Source: Tubulanus polymorphus
Taxonomy: Eukaryota > Animalia > Nemertea
Length of the DNA: 64,000 nucleotides
Assembly (NCBI RefSeq): GCF_964204645.1
Contig: NC_134027.1
Location: 18,934,560-18,998,559 of the forward strand
Reading direction: 5' to 3'
Shown: one piece after another, positions 1 to 61,243 of the stretch
How positions within the stretch are numbered: the stretch's first letter is position 1
How the letters are laid out: every line of letters begins with the position of its first letter
Notes under the pieces: generated by a model
What the model saw: the letters and a program-made list of their open reading frames with translations, nothing else
What the model was told of the DNA's origin: nothing
Database searches by the model: none
Made by a program: the position numbers and the translations under genes

Positions 1-131
1 GTGTTTCATATGGAAGGTTTTCAGAAAATCCGTTTACTTGAACAGTTGCTAGAAGTTACTAGTTAACTGATCATCCGAAAGGGCCAAAATTTTCCTTAGT
101 TGTCCCCCACAAGTTACGTTATGAAACCTAC

Positions 132-211
132 GCGGATTCTTCTATCTTCTGCTTCTTTGAGAATATCTTCTTTAAATGGGCATTTGTTTGGAACGCCAGG
201 ATCCTTCTTTC
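132..211 (-). CDS. GNL3: Nucleostemin/GNL3-family GTPase, internal exon; gene continues off the left edge
   Basis: Minus strand ag|GA AAG AAG GAT CCT GGC GTT CCA...ATC CGC|gtaggt = (R)KKDPGVPNKCPFKEDILKEAEDRRIR, the KDPGVPNxxPFKE motif of the GNL3/Grn1 N-terminal domain. Confidence 0.92.
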
Positions 212-285
212 CTAGAATATAAATATATACCTTTTAGATATGAAAAATGCTATAGGCATATCTGACATACCGCATGACAACTTAC

Positions 286-343
286 TTATTTTAGTGGTTT
301 TTTTAGCAGCAAGTTTCTTGACTTTTTTATTGTGTTGGCGAAT
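286..343 (-). CDS. GNL3: GNL3-family exon
   Basis: ttttag|IRQHNKKVKKLAAKKTTKI+1 nt|gtaagt; phase fits both neighbouring exons; resembles VREHHRKLRKEAKK. Confidence 0.9.
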
Positions 344-1137
344 CTAAAAGAAAATCATAAATGTTCGCATGATTTCTTTTTCTTGGTTTCCAATCAGGGC
401 TAATGTATCTGGGATTGGACCTGGAAATGGAACTAGGAATCCTAGTGAGATCACTTTGTAGACTTACTTCAAACTAGGGGAACATAGATGATGAGTCAAG
501 TATCCATATCTCTAACTCTGATCTAGGCTACCATGTACAGTAGGGTACGCATAGGTCGGATCACAAAAAGACCGTAACTTTTGGTCCAACCTGTGCATAC
601 CGAGTGACGCGTATCCAAATTAAATTTTGCCATTTTTCGGTAAGAGAAGTTATGCACATGTAAAGGAATGCCTTTAAAGATACGATAAATAGCCTACCTT
701 ATAATTTTCATCTTTAGGAATAAAAGGACATTTTCTATTTTTTAAGAATTATGATTTATAGCCTGGCCTGACAAAAATCCTATTCATACAATGCATGTGT
801 GACTTGTATTGTGTGCGCACCAATCTATCAGCCAAAATCGCAAGTCAGCTACAAGCCAATCAGTGTAATGGCAAGCCATGACAACGGCATGTAGAACCCA
901 CGTGTTATACAGCCAATTCATTTACATTGGAAGGTCACATGGGATGATCGAAAAGTTTTTTTGTCTCTGATCTAAGCATATTGTATATAAACGTTTCGTC
1001 TATACATGCACGACAACATGACTTCTACCACCGCGTGTTAATTTCGTGGCAATAACTTGAATCAAATCAGTATAAAGTTACTTCTTTTTCAAGTTCTGCT
1101 AACACTAATGATTAATGAAGCTGAGCTGCTTATGTGT

Positions 1138-1685
1138 TAATGTCCATTTATTAATGGATGAGACATGTTTCTCAGGGATAGTTCACTTACTTTTTGGGGT
1201 ACATACCTCATAACGGTCTTAACAGATTGCCGAAAAATCGCGGACAACAACTGAATATCCGCTATTATTCCAGTTCTGTACCAATTAGATAGATTGGCAA
1301 GAAGACTCATTTAGTCCAGTTGAATAGGAGAGACAATCCTCCATTTTATGAAATTTCTTGAATTTGAACATTGTCACCATGCCTACGAAATGAAGTTATT
1401 TTTCTTGTGGGGTATCAACAACTAAATCAGGGTGGCATAGGCATGGTAACAATGTTCAAATTCAAGAAATTTCACAAAATGAGGGATTTACTCTCCTATT
1501 CAACTGGACTAAAGGAGTCTTTTTGCCAATCTATCTAATTGGTGCAGAACTGGAATAATATCGGATATTCAGTTGTTGTCCGCAATTTTTGGCTTTCCGT
1601 TAAGACCTAAATGAGGTATGTACCCCATAAGGTAAGCAAACTATCCCAGAAAAAACAGGTCTCATCCATTAATAAATGGACATTA
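1138..1685. mobile_element. Foldback MITE (family F1)
   Basis: ~245-bp inverted arms (taatgtccatttattaatggatgagac.../...gtctcatccattaataaatggacatta) around a ~50-bp core; second copy at 7971. Confidence 0.85.
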
Positions 1686-2108
1686 GACATTTGAAGCCAG
1701 ATCTTGAAATTTTGATCGAGACATATGAAAATTTACAACAATCTCACAATTGGACCGAGATATTTCATCCAAGTCCCACTTATGAAATTCGACTGATGCG
1801 TTTGGTACTGGCCAAAAGGCCATAGTTTTTTTGGCCAACAGGCCACTTTTCTAGCCTCAGATTTTTACCCGTATAACCCAGGATTGGCCTCATTCAATGG
1901 ATACGATCTTACTAACCAAAAAAAATCAGGATTAGTTACATTTTCCGGTCAAGGGGGAGTGAGACATAGGAATTTTATGCATAGGGCTATGTAATGAATA
2001 AATTATCCCCGAGTCGATAGACAAAACTGCATGTAGTTCTACAATTGCATATATTATTTTACACAATTGAGTGACTTATCGATGAGACAGGTCCACATAA
2101 ATATTCAC

Positions 2109-2161
2109 CTTTTTTTCAACCTTGTAGCGTAGTCGACAAGACTGCCGCTTGCTTTTCTTTC
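2109..2161 (-). CDS. GNL3: GNL3-family exon (the ATG-containing first exon was not located)
   Basis: ttgtag|GA KKSKRQSCRLRYKVEKK|gtgaat; resembles KKASKRMTCHKRYKIQKK; requires a phase-1 upstream exon. Confidence 0.88.
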
Positions 2162-2464
2162 CTACAATCAAACAAATGAATACATATATTGAAATTTGTC
2201 ATCTCTGTGCAGAAGCCCTTACAAAATGTTTAAAAGTGCTGATTTCTGCGAACAACAATGTCAGCCAGTTGGCCATTTTGATTCTGACCGGGCTTAAAAG
2301 TAACAAAAATAGTTGAAAACAAGAAAAGAAATTAACTGAATATGGACTTGAGTAATAGACTTTAATAATAATATAATATAATAATATGGACTTTCCTAAG
2401 AGTGTATTTTTAATCAGCATCAAAATTTGGTAGTCTAAATTAGAGATTATAAGCGGAACAAATG

Positions 2465-3400
2465 AACTAGGGGCCCAGGGACACCATGCCCACTTGGGAA
2501 GTGGTTTCAAATGCTCAACAATCTAACAATTTCAATATTCAACATCCCCTGGTGACCATAGACAAAAACCAATGACCTTGAAACTCACCACAATCATAAA
2601 ACATGTCAGCAGCTACGATTTTGTGATTGATTGTGACGTGAACAAAATATGCCTCGTTACCAATTTAATATGGAAATACTAAAGTATTCTACTATTCAAC
2701 GCCTCCTGGTGACCATATTCTAAACCCAATAACCTTGTAACTCACCATAATCATAGAACATATCATGAACTACAACTTTGCAATTGATCGCGGTAACAAA
2801 ATATGCCTAGGTACCAATATAATAAGGAAATACTAGGTTATTCTACCATTCAATGCCCCCTGGTGACCATATAGAATAACTAATTCCCTTAAAACTCACC
2901 ACAATCATAGACGATGTCATGAGCTACAACTTTACAATTGATCGTGGTAACAAAATATGTATTGGTACAAATATTATATAGAAATACTAAGATATTGTAT
3001 TATTCAACGCCCCCTGGTGGCCATAGGCCCTATACAAAAACCAATGAACTTGAAACTCACCACAATCATAGAACACGTTATAAGCTACAACTTTCTAATT
3101 CATTGTTGTAACAAAACATGCTTAGGTATCAATATAATGTCGAAAAACTTTTTCCCACCTACGAATGAGTACTAATGACACCAAGATGGCCGCCAGGGGG
3201 CGGGGTTCAAATATATATGAAAGATCAAGGTAATTGATCAAGACGTCTTCAAAATTTCCCTCAAAGAGTTCAAAAACGTGTAAAAAGTGCTAATTTTGAC
3301 GAACAACAATGGCTGCCAGTCGGCCATCTTGATTCTGACAGGGCCAGTTTTTGGGCTGAAGATGTGTCTAGGGTAGATACATGCATAAACCAAATATCAA
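2465..3400 (-). mobile_element. HINE/DINE-like family A, 5'-truncated, with 154-bp tandem units
   Basis: Reverse complement of parts of 42200-43614, including the 3' end (aactaggggcccagggacaccatgcccacttggga). Confidence 0.85.
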
Positions 3401-4076
3401 ACATCACGCTAAAATCCGGCAGCGAAATAACTAAAATCCGGCAACTTTTGGATCGGGTGATTTCAGAATTTATTCATTTTGTGATATTTAGAACAAGATT
3501 CGGTTGTTGAATAGTTTAACCATGAACCGCGTTGATCGAACGAGTTGAAAATAGCTGAAATTCCTTTAGCAACAGAAGTGAATTCAAAATAACAAACAAC
3601 GCCCGCTGGTTCGGCGCCGCAGGTTCGAATCCCGGAGAATTGTGCTCGCGCGCGGAGCAGTCAATCCCAAGCCACGGCACTGAAGAAACGTTTATTTCAT
3701 ATGATTTTTATGACCCTAAAACTGCGCTTAGAGATGCGTTAGAGTCGTGCGATTTACTCAAAATTTCACGGCAGTGTGGCGGCCCGCTGATCGGCAACAT
3801 CGCGGTCGGCAAAAACATTAGTCTCCGCCCATTCTTTCAGGAAATAAGGAATTCGGTGCCGCTGGCCACGTGCACTGTTTATTTTGAGCCGTAGATTCAC
3901 GGTACTCGATATTCCCGGAAGATCAGAAACAAATAAATATTTTTCGCAGGAGAAATCAATTTTTGTATTGACATATGAATTTTCCTGCTGTATTTGATTC
4001 GATTTTTTTCTGGCAGAAAAAAATTTTCCGATTGATGTTTGAAAGGGTTCCATTTTTCCTCACGGTACCATAATTA

Positions 4077-5220
4077 AATAAATTGCCCATGGGCAAAGTG
4101 TGGTTTACCTTGAAAGCTAGAGGTTGTTTGGGGTAAGGGCATTGCTTGAAAAATCTTTTTAATTCGTGATTTCAAAGTTCTACAAGTTTAAATATTGTAT
4201 TTTATCTATCTTAAAGGATTATTTTGTAGTCAAATAAGACTAAAGATATACATTTGTTTAGGTCCACATCCAAAATTTCGGAGGGTACAGGTAGGCGCGG
4301 CATGGAAACTATATTATATTTTCAAAGAAATATTTTTCATAATATGAAAAAATATACAAATAAAATTCATATGATGTCACATATCAGAGGGTGGCTGAAT
4401 GTATGGCCGCGGAAGCTAAAATATCGGTGCAGTAATAAATTGGCGTATTAGATCGTTTTAAATCCTGGAATTTACCACTACAATATACAGACCTCGACCT
4501 ATACCTATAGTTTGCTGCTTAGTATTTTCAGGTCACAAGAAATTACAATTTATTACAAATTCAATCGAACAGAAAATACAGCGCTCTTCTGTTGATGAAA
4601 TGTCAAACGCGCCAGCAAGCAGCTTTACAGTATCACTATAGTAGCGTATACTGTACGAGCGTGTGTTTGTGTGCAACAGTCTATAGCACTCTGCGCGCAC
4701 GTGGAGGCCTCGTGTAGTGAACGTTCGCTTACATTTCAATGTCAATCAAAACAATCACCCGGTATTAAAATGAAACAATACCTATGGCGGATAATAATTA
4801 CATTCTCACCAGCAATGAGCATTTGAAATTCGCAAGTATACGGCACCTAGTCCAATGAAACGTTCCCCATTCTATGGCTTTCCCCTAATTATTTTAGTAT
4901 GGTAGCGCCGGAATTCCCCGTATATCCCAAAAACAGCCAATCACATTCGCTCGTAGATACGACGCCCCCCCCCCCGATCGAGGTCATTGCAATTTTATAC
5001 GCGAGAGCTAAGAATTTTCCCACCAAAACAGTTTTTCGTCGGATTTAAACAGAGTTGACCATGTCATCGACGGAGGTTCGTCATGTCTTCAATCGCATCT
5101 ATTATACATCGTTTAACCCCAGAACCAATGAAAAAAATGCTCACATAAAAAAACGTACTGCGATTTTACATGAATTGGCTCAATGCCAACTTCATATCGC
5201 TGACAAAGGTAAACCAAAAA
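4077..5220 (-). mobile_element. HINE-like family B, complete
   Basis: Reverse complement of 37780-39670; subterminal IR tggtttacctt/aaggtaaacca; terminal palindrome ttgcccatgggcaa; T-rich flanks. Confidence 0.82.
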
Positions 5221-6520
5221 AGGAAGCAGCTAAGCCTTTGGCGTCTTCGTCCGGGAAATCGGTTTTGATTTCGGTACAGGACGGTGCTAACCGCTCGGCT
5301 TCAGTTTCGAAAGAAACCTCCCTTTTGGGAAGGTCCCCTCCGGACATGTGACCCAAGAAAGGTCAGGAGCAGCACATTACCCCGGCAGTGCTTCATCTAG
5401 CATTAAAAAAGGGCAGGGTGCTGACTTCAAATAAGGGCATTTTTGTGCGTGATTCCATCGGAGCAAGGGCACATAATAACGCGCTCACGTCTGTTTTAGG
5501 GGCAAACTGCAATGTTCCCTATTGCATAGAATCGAGGTACCCTCTACTACGATTGAGGACTAGAAACTAAGTTTAACTCTGATTTTGCCATGAGTGACAC
5601 ACTTGACCACAGTACATCCTTACACCTATGCCTGTCAATGAACAAAAGTTAATCTAGATAGGGCTTTCAAAATGATTTGGAAAACCAGTTGCAGACAAAA
5701 GCCATCTCAGGTAGCAAATACAGCGAAAAAGAGCCAGCAATAGTGTATAGGCCTACATGAAATTGCATATTTTTAATCTTAGAAATATCAAATTAATTGG
5801 TTTAAATTGATAGTGTTAGTGATTGGCAAGTAACTGTTGATAATTGTTAAGCAGCCAGCTTCAGAACACATTATTGCTATTAGGCTACTCAAACTAATTG
5901 TCTGTGCGAGTCTCTCTGTGAGTTCACCGAACAAAGTTTTTCACCTTGTATGTATAAAATTCGTCTAATAGTCTAGATAAAATGATCCAGAGTATCACGA
6001 TGTGTTCAAAAATCGAATATACACTACCAGCTTTACAACGGCAGTGATTGGCAGTAGTTTGGAAGTCAGCCAATTTCCTGGAAACTTAAACTAGGCCACG
6101 CGTCTGAGGCACGTTTTCACACGATGCACACTGACTGCAGTACATTTGAATATAACCACTGATCACATGAGCTACTATCGTTGATATCATACGAGATATT
6201 TCATAGCCGTCGCAGAAAACTTACTAACAGTCGGATGCGTCGGCTTATTTTGAAAGCCCTTACTCATTACTCGTGACTGACAAGGGCAGGATGGCGGACC
6301 TACGGCAAGTGATGAGGGCACAAGGGCGAGCATGGGACACGAAGGGCACAAGGGCGGCTATTTTCGGGGGCGGGGCGGACCACCTTCTATTTTTGGCTAG
6401 ATGAAGCACTGCCCGGCGATCCAGGAGCTAATAAAAAAGCGACGCGTTCGGGGTCATCACTCTCGGGGTTGGTATTCCAGGATCTTCACCGTTCCCAAGG
6501 CTTCCGGCGGCCTTGGGGTA
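5221..6520 (+). pseudogene. Decayed DIRS/Ngaro-like retrotransposon RT fragment, interrupted by the 5386-6411 insertion
   Basis: With the insertion removed: VLISVQDG..RLQFRKKPP (frameshifted)...HITPAIQELIKKRRV...GWYSRIFTVPKASGGL, resembling the DIRS RT motif GFYSRLFLVPKxxGG. Confidence 0.68.
5386..6411. mobile_element. Non-autonomous hAT-like element with 5-bp TSD
   Basis: 16-bp perfect TIR cagtgcttcatctagc/gctagatgaagcactg; CCCGG on both sides; related right end at ~28545-28661. Confidence 0.85.
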
Positions 6521-7492
6521 TGGGAACCTTAGAGTAACTTAGAGACTAGGATGACCCGGTGCGGTGGCGTCCGTCACTTAGTGTCTGTAGGGATACTACT
6601 GGCATACTGGTATCGTCCAACCATTATCAAATTGTGACCAGTCCCTGTGTGATGAAGCACTGTAATTCCGACCTAAGGTGGGCAGTATGCCGCTAATATA
6701 ACGGCTAAATTCCACATTTATACTCACTGTGCATTTGAGCGACCATGTTGCGATTTGTTGCATGCGGATGTAGTTTTTCACTGCGGTGACATTCCGTGGC
6801 AGCTTTGGTTTCGTCAGGGGCACGTCATAAAAGCGGGCGCGCGTCCGGAACGCGTTCTCAGAACGAATCACCACCCGTCCATTAACCTTTTTCAAATGAT
6901 ATTTGCGAAATTATTTTTCAATCAAAAGATGTGGCAAAAATTGCCATAAAAAGCACCTGTTCAAAATGAATTGGTATCGTTTCGTCTCAATATGATAAAG
7001 TCTTTACTTTGGATAAATTGTTTCCTGGTCGATGAGTGACCATTACTGCGGAGTCTCGAGTATTAGTTATTGTTCTCGGTTGTTTTCTCATCTTTGTACA
7101 AGCTTGGGTGTATATTTCGTTGCTTATCATTCGTAATATCGGATAATTCATGCCCTCTGAACATATAGAATAGGGTCAAGGTAAGCATATGATACTGTTT
7201 TAATAAGTCATTTTATTGAGTGGAAAAATGTCAAGGTGAGAGTAAGGCGTAACGTTTGCTTCCAAAATCAAATCGAATCCCACACACATTCACTTCGATT
7301 CACACACACACACAACACACACAGGCGCTCGCCGATGGGCTTGGGATACAGTTGCTGGGGTTTGATAGTGTATTTGTGTTTTGAGTGGTTATTCTGCAAT
7401 AGATCCGAGAAAAAACGTCTTGGTAGTGATAGTGATACGTTTGAAAAGATAGTGGCCGCTGGCTCCACACATATGGCGACCTCACAAAACAC

Positions 7493-7912
7493 CGGTCATC
7501 CTTATTACCGAGATGACGTATTTTACCGAGATCAACCGAGAAATATAACATATTTATTTATTCCTTATCGATTTTAACACTTGAAATCATATTATATCAG
7601 TAATAAATGCCTGCTGGAGTCATATTTTACATACTTTGTCGGATATTTTTGTAGAAAAATAACTTCCGAGATGAGATCTTTGATCAATCAAATTCAATGA
7701 AATTTTATACTAACTGAGATTACGTATTTGAAGTCAAAATTTTTACAAAATATCGGGAAAAATATGACTCAAGAAGGTATTTATTAGTGATATAATATGA
7801 TTTCAAATGTTAAAATCGATAAGGAATAAATAAATATGTTATATTTCATTTCATCTCAGTTGATCTTGGTTCATCTCGGTAAATTATGTCATCTCGGTAA
7901 TAAGGATGACCC
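7493..7912. mobile_element. Foldback MITE with 8-bp TSD
   Basis: Arms ggtcatccttattaccgagatgac / gtcatctcggtaataaggatgacc; CAAAACAC direct repeat at 7485-7492 and 7913-7920. Confidence 0.85.
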
Positions 7913-7970
7913 CAAAACACGAACTTCGTTTTTCAATCTAAAATTAAATCTTTTATTTTATATGACACTT

Positions 7971-8520
7971 ACTAATGTCTATTTATTAATTGATGAGACC
8001 TGTTTTTCTTGGATATTTTGCTTACTTTTTGGGGTACATACCTCATTTATGTCTTAACAGAATGCCAAAAATCGCGGACAACAACTGAATATCCGATATA
8101 TTTCCAGATCTGTACCAATTAGATGGATTGGCAAAAAGACTCCTTAAGTCCAATTGAATGAGAGAGAAAATCCTCCATTTTGTCAAATTTCTTGAATTTT
8201 TACATTGTCACCATGCCTACGAAATGAAGTTATTTTTCTTGTGGGGTCTCAACAACTAAATCAGGGTGGCGTAGGCATGGTAACAATGTTCAAATCCAAG
8301 AAATTTGACAAAATGGAGGATTTTCTCTCTCATTCAACTGGACTTAAGGAGTCTTTTAGCCAATCCATCTAATTGGTACAGAACTGGAAATATATCGGAT
8401 ATTCAGTTGTTGTCCGCGATTTTTGGCATTATGTTAAGACATAAATGAGGTATGTACCCCAAAAAGTGAGCAAAATATCCAAGAAAAACAGGTCTCATCA
8501 ATTAATAAATAGACATTAGT
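7971..8520. mobile_element. Foldback MITE (family F1), near-perfect arms
   Basis: actaatgtctatttattaattgatgagacc...ggtctcatcaattaataaatagacattagt; same core as the 1138 copy; TA flanks compatible with a Tc1/mariner-type TSD. Confidence 0.87.
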
Positions 8521-8759
8521 GATATGACAGTTATATAGCCTATCCTATTATTCCATCCCACTGTGAGACACTATCAATTTGTGAAACATCTTTAGTAATA
8601 TAAAAGAAAACGTAGTTGACGAAGCGTGAGCGTAGCCTATAGGAAATACTTTACAGACCCTTTTTCAAGAGCAAATTTCGTCAGCTTAGGACCCATAATA
8701 AGCGACGAATCATCAGGAATTGAAAGGTTTAGGCTCTTAAAATTCAAATACTGAAGACC

Positions 8760-8900
8760 GCATGATTTTATTTCATGTCGGGGCTGAGCGATCGCTGCCG
8801 GAAAAGTGGATGTTTAAGTTTTGCGTTGAAGCGAGCAATACAAAATGGCGGGCGGCACTTGTTATTGAATGACGATGCGCCGTGCTGCTCGCGGTGAGAT
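8760..8900. promoter_or_regulatory. Candidate (bidirectional) promoter / PBRM1 5' UTR exon
   Basis: CpG-enriched, apparently non-repeat patch between the divergent genes; YY1-type CAAAATGGCG at 8841-8850; + strand donor gtgaga at 8894. Confidence 0.35.
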
Positions 8901-9907
8901 CAATATTTAACAATTATTCATTGGTCTAGCGGTGAATTATTGTATTTATACTCCGATTCATTATTATTTCTCACTATATTTCTGAATTAGGGCCGATTTT
9001 GCGAAATGATCTGTAAAAAAGTTTTTTGCGCGTGGACCGCCACTACGTTCCCGTGAGTAAAGCGGCTGTTGAAAAAGGGAGGCATATAATGGGATGAATT
9101 GAGGCTTGTGATGGGCACAAAATAGAGGCGCGTGATGGGACAGTGAGGCTCCCGAGGGGATTTTTCCAAAAGCAGCAAAATTGAATTATGTACAAAATAT
9201 TGTTGCAATCTAGCTCAAAACAAAACAAATGGATTATTATTTAGTTATTATGATTAGTATTATTACTATTGCTTGGTTTATGTTTCTTAACTGATTGATT
9301 TTATTTTGATATCCTCAATATATATCAAATTTCGGAGTTTTGAGCTAGGCCAAGCCTGATTTTCTGCTATTCTTTATTAAAATTCATTTCACAAATAATA
9401 ATATTTATATTTAGTGTATTTAAATCAATTTGCAATATAGACCTGCCTTGACAATCATGTTTGATTCATTTTAATAATTATGTGGTGAAAAAAATAATTT
9501 CACCTGAAATCATATCAATATTTCTCGATATTTCACTATTTTTATTGTCGTTACCATGGAAACCAAATAATAATAATCTATATAATAATAGATATTCCTA
9601 GATAATCTTAGGGCAAACATAAAGTATTGATAACTAGTTATTCTATCCATTTCATACATCATAACTTTTGATCTAACATCGATATTTTCATTATTTTACC
9701 ATTTTTCGGCTGGTTTCCATGGAAACCATAGGCATTTGGGATCAGATATACATTTTGGGTCTTTCAACCTTACCTGAAAGTGCTATGAGTGTATTGCTCT
9801 TTAAATTTTTAGTCTATCTCTTTTAGTTTAAGAGATATTGAAGTTTGTTTGAAATATTGCCTTCTTAGATCACAGTTTTTGTGTATCGAAACATGAAGAC
9901 ACTTTTC

Positions 9908-10765
9908 TATGGAAGCCCTGAAATGACATTACGAATTACGTTTTACGAATTACATTTTACTAATGACGTTTTATGACTAACATTTTGGGCAACGATTTAC
10001 CACTACATTTCGGTTCAATTTATCACAAGAGGTCAAGGTTGTGTTGCACTCTCTGTGTCGTGAATAACTTTGGGGTAGCAGGCAGAAGGCAGCCCTGTAG
10101 TGTGATCGGTTGTAATTTTTTGCCGAATGCTTCCTCAACTAATAACGATGATGGATGACATTGCAGCCCAAACGCTTTGCTTTCAAATATGAATATATAT
10201 TTTCATTATTAAAAGCTAAGACTTATTCTGATCATTTGTTACAATTGAACAATTGTATCCGCACCGATATGGAGTCCAATTCCTTTTTATCTCCATGAAC
10301 CCCGAATAATTTCAAGTTTTGTATCGTCTTAATCATCGTGCCCTTGCCAAACAGGACAGTGTCAGTGTTTGTAATTTATTAATTAATGAATCCGAGCGTA
10401 TGCAGGCTGAATCTCTATACTTTTAATCATTTGAAATTAGGCCTATCATAAGCCATTTTTTGACTACGAAACTCCCTCAATTTCACGATTGATACATACA
10501 TGTATATATTTCGAAATGCAAAATAAATTCAGTCAGATTCATTATTCGTCATGATTCGACTTCATTGCAAAGCCGGGGTTTTCCGAAAAACTCAATAGCC
10601 AAAAAGTCAATGGAAAACGTTCGTAAAACGTAATTCGTAAAACGTAATTGTATAAGACCTTGACCTGACCTTGAAATGCAGGGAGCTCATATTGTAAATC
10701 GTTAACCTAATTCGTAAAACGTAATTCGTAAAAGTAATTCGTAATGTCGTTTCAGGGCTTCCATA
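9908..10765. mobile_element. TIR element with 6-bp TSD
   Basis: tatggaagccctgaaatgacattacgaattac / gtaattcgtaatgtcgtttcagggcttccata; CTTTTC on both sides; subterminal ttacgaattacgtt repeats. Confidence 0.85.
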
Positions 10766-11097
10766 CTTTTCGCTCAAATTTTCAAACTTCAATTTGCGAT
10801 AATTCAAAAATTTAAAAAGCATATCGTTAGGCATGAGCAATTTATTCATTTCTAACACAGAGATGATGCTCTGGACGAGGTTATAATTTTCGAATAATTC
10901 TCGAAGTCTACGCTATTAGACAAATTTCCTGTGCACAACGTAGATTATTTGATATATTGTTTTTAATGTAAAAGAGGTGATAAATTTGTTTTTTTTGCCC
11001 AAAAATTTTGCAAAAAACAATTTCTACCTACCTACCGACTCATCCTGAAAAGTTGAGTCGGTGTTATGGCAAACAGACAATTATTTTGGGATGGCCT

Positions 11098-11383
11098 TAT
11101 TTGAATATTTTTTTCATATTGTGAAACATATTTTTTTTGAAAATGTAAAATAGTTTCCCTGCCGCGCCTACCTGTACCCTACAAAATTTTGGACGTGGAC
11201 CGTAACCAAATGTATATCTTTGGTCTTATTTGACTACAAAATAATTCTTTAAGAAAGATGAAATACAATATAAACTTGTGGAACTTTGAAGTCACGAATT
11301 AAAAAGATTTTTCAAGCAATGCCCTTACCCCAAACAACCTCTAGCTTTCAAAGTAAACTACACTTTGCCCATGGGCAATTTAT
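11098..11383 (+). mobile_element. Family B 3' fragment
   Basis: Matches ~39390-39670, ending ctttgcccatgggcaatttatt. Confidence 0.75.
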
Positions 11384-11384
11384 T

Positions 11385-11945
11385 GTATATGGCCACCAGG
11401 GGGCGTTGAATAATACAATATCTTAGTATTTCTATATTATATTCGTATCAATGCATATTTTGTTACCACAATCAATTGCTAAGTTTTGGCTCATGACATC
11501 ATCTATGATTGTGGCAGTTTTGAGGCCATTAGTTATTCTATATGGTCACCAGGGGGTGTTGAATAGTAGAATAACTTAGTATTTCCTTATTATATTGGTA
11601 CCTAGGCATATTTTGTTATCATGATCAATTACAAAGTTATAGTTCGTGACATGTTCTATGATTGTGTTGAGTTTCAAGGTCATTGGGTTTTTAATATGGT
11701 CACCAGGGGGCGTTGAATAGTAGAATAACTTAGTATTTCCATATTAAATTGGTAACGAAGCATATTTTATTATCACAATCAATTACAAAATCGTAGCTGC
11801 TGACATGTTCTATGATTGTGGTGAGTTTCAAGGTCATTGGTTTTGTATATATGGTCACCAGGGGGCGTTGAATATTGAAATAATTAGATTGTTGAGCATT
11901 TGGAACCACTTCCCAAGTGGGCATGGTGTCCCTGGACCCCTAGTT
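11385..11945 (+). mobile_element. Family A 3' part (154-bp units plus 3' end)
   Basis: ccagggggcgttgaata-type units; ends cccaagtgggcatggtgtccctggacccctagtt. Confidence 0.85.
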
Positions 11946-12386
11946 TATTGATTTGTTAAAGTCTTAATACCAAATCGTAGTGACTCCACACCAGCAACTG
12001 TAGTAAACGCATATATTTGCAACGTAAAAAATACGTCATGCATGGTGGGAGACGTCACAAGTGGTAATGAAGAGGTTAAGAATATAAACATGTACATACA
12101 TTGGCCTTCATTGTGATTCATGCGTGACTGGCCCTGTCTCCGCGATGTTGTAGCTGAGAACTGACAATGCAATGCAATGCAATGTTGTGATATATTCTCG
12201 GTGTATAATGATCCGGCGAGTTACACTTGCAGCAGACGGTACAACTACATATCAACTTATCTATGAGCCTCCTTTACGCTCTTCACATCTAACGCTCAGC
12301 GGGGGAAGTGGACCAGAGATACATAAGATAATAACCTACGATTATTTTTGATTTATGTTATGTTAGGTTGTTTATGAGTCACGAAG

Positions 12387-61120
<48,734 letters not shown>

Positions 61121-61237
61121 ATATAGGTTTCTTCACCAATTTTCTACTGTTGCCTAGTTAATATTGCCATTGAGATTTATTTATTTCCAGATTGATTCTG
61201 TATGTACTACTGAAACTGCCATTTCATCATCAACGAA

Positions 61238-61243
61238 AATAAA
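61238..61243 (+). terminator. Candidate polyadenylation signal of PBRM1
   Basis: AATAAA ~120 nt after the stop, followed by GT/T-rich sequence. Confidence 0.35.

Noticed and set aside
485-525. ATGATGA...CTGA with TAGAT/ATCTA stem
   Set aside because: Only ~40 nt and antisense to the host GNL3 transcript
3605-3636. GGTTCGAATCCC tRNA B-box
   Set aside because: No cloverleaf or properly spaced A-box; at most a SINE/tRNA scrap
8670-8720. Minus-strand CTGATGA...GAAA hammerhead-like core
   Set aside because: Extra TTC pairs with the GAAA itself; stems I and III not found
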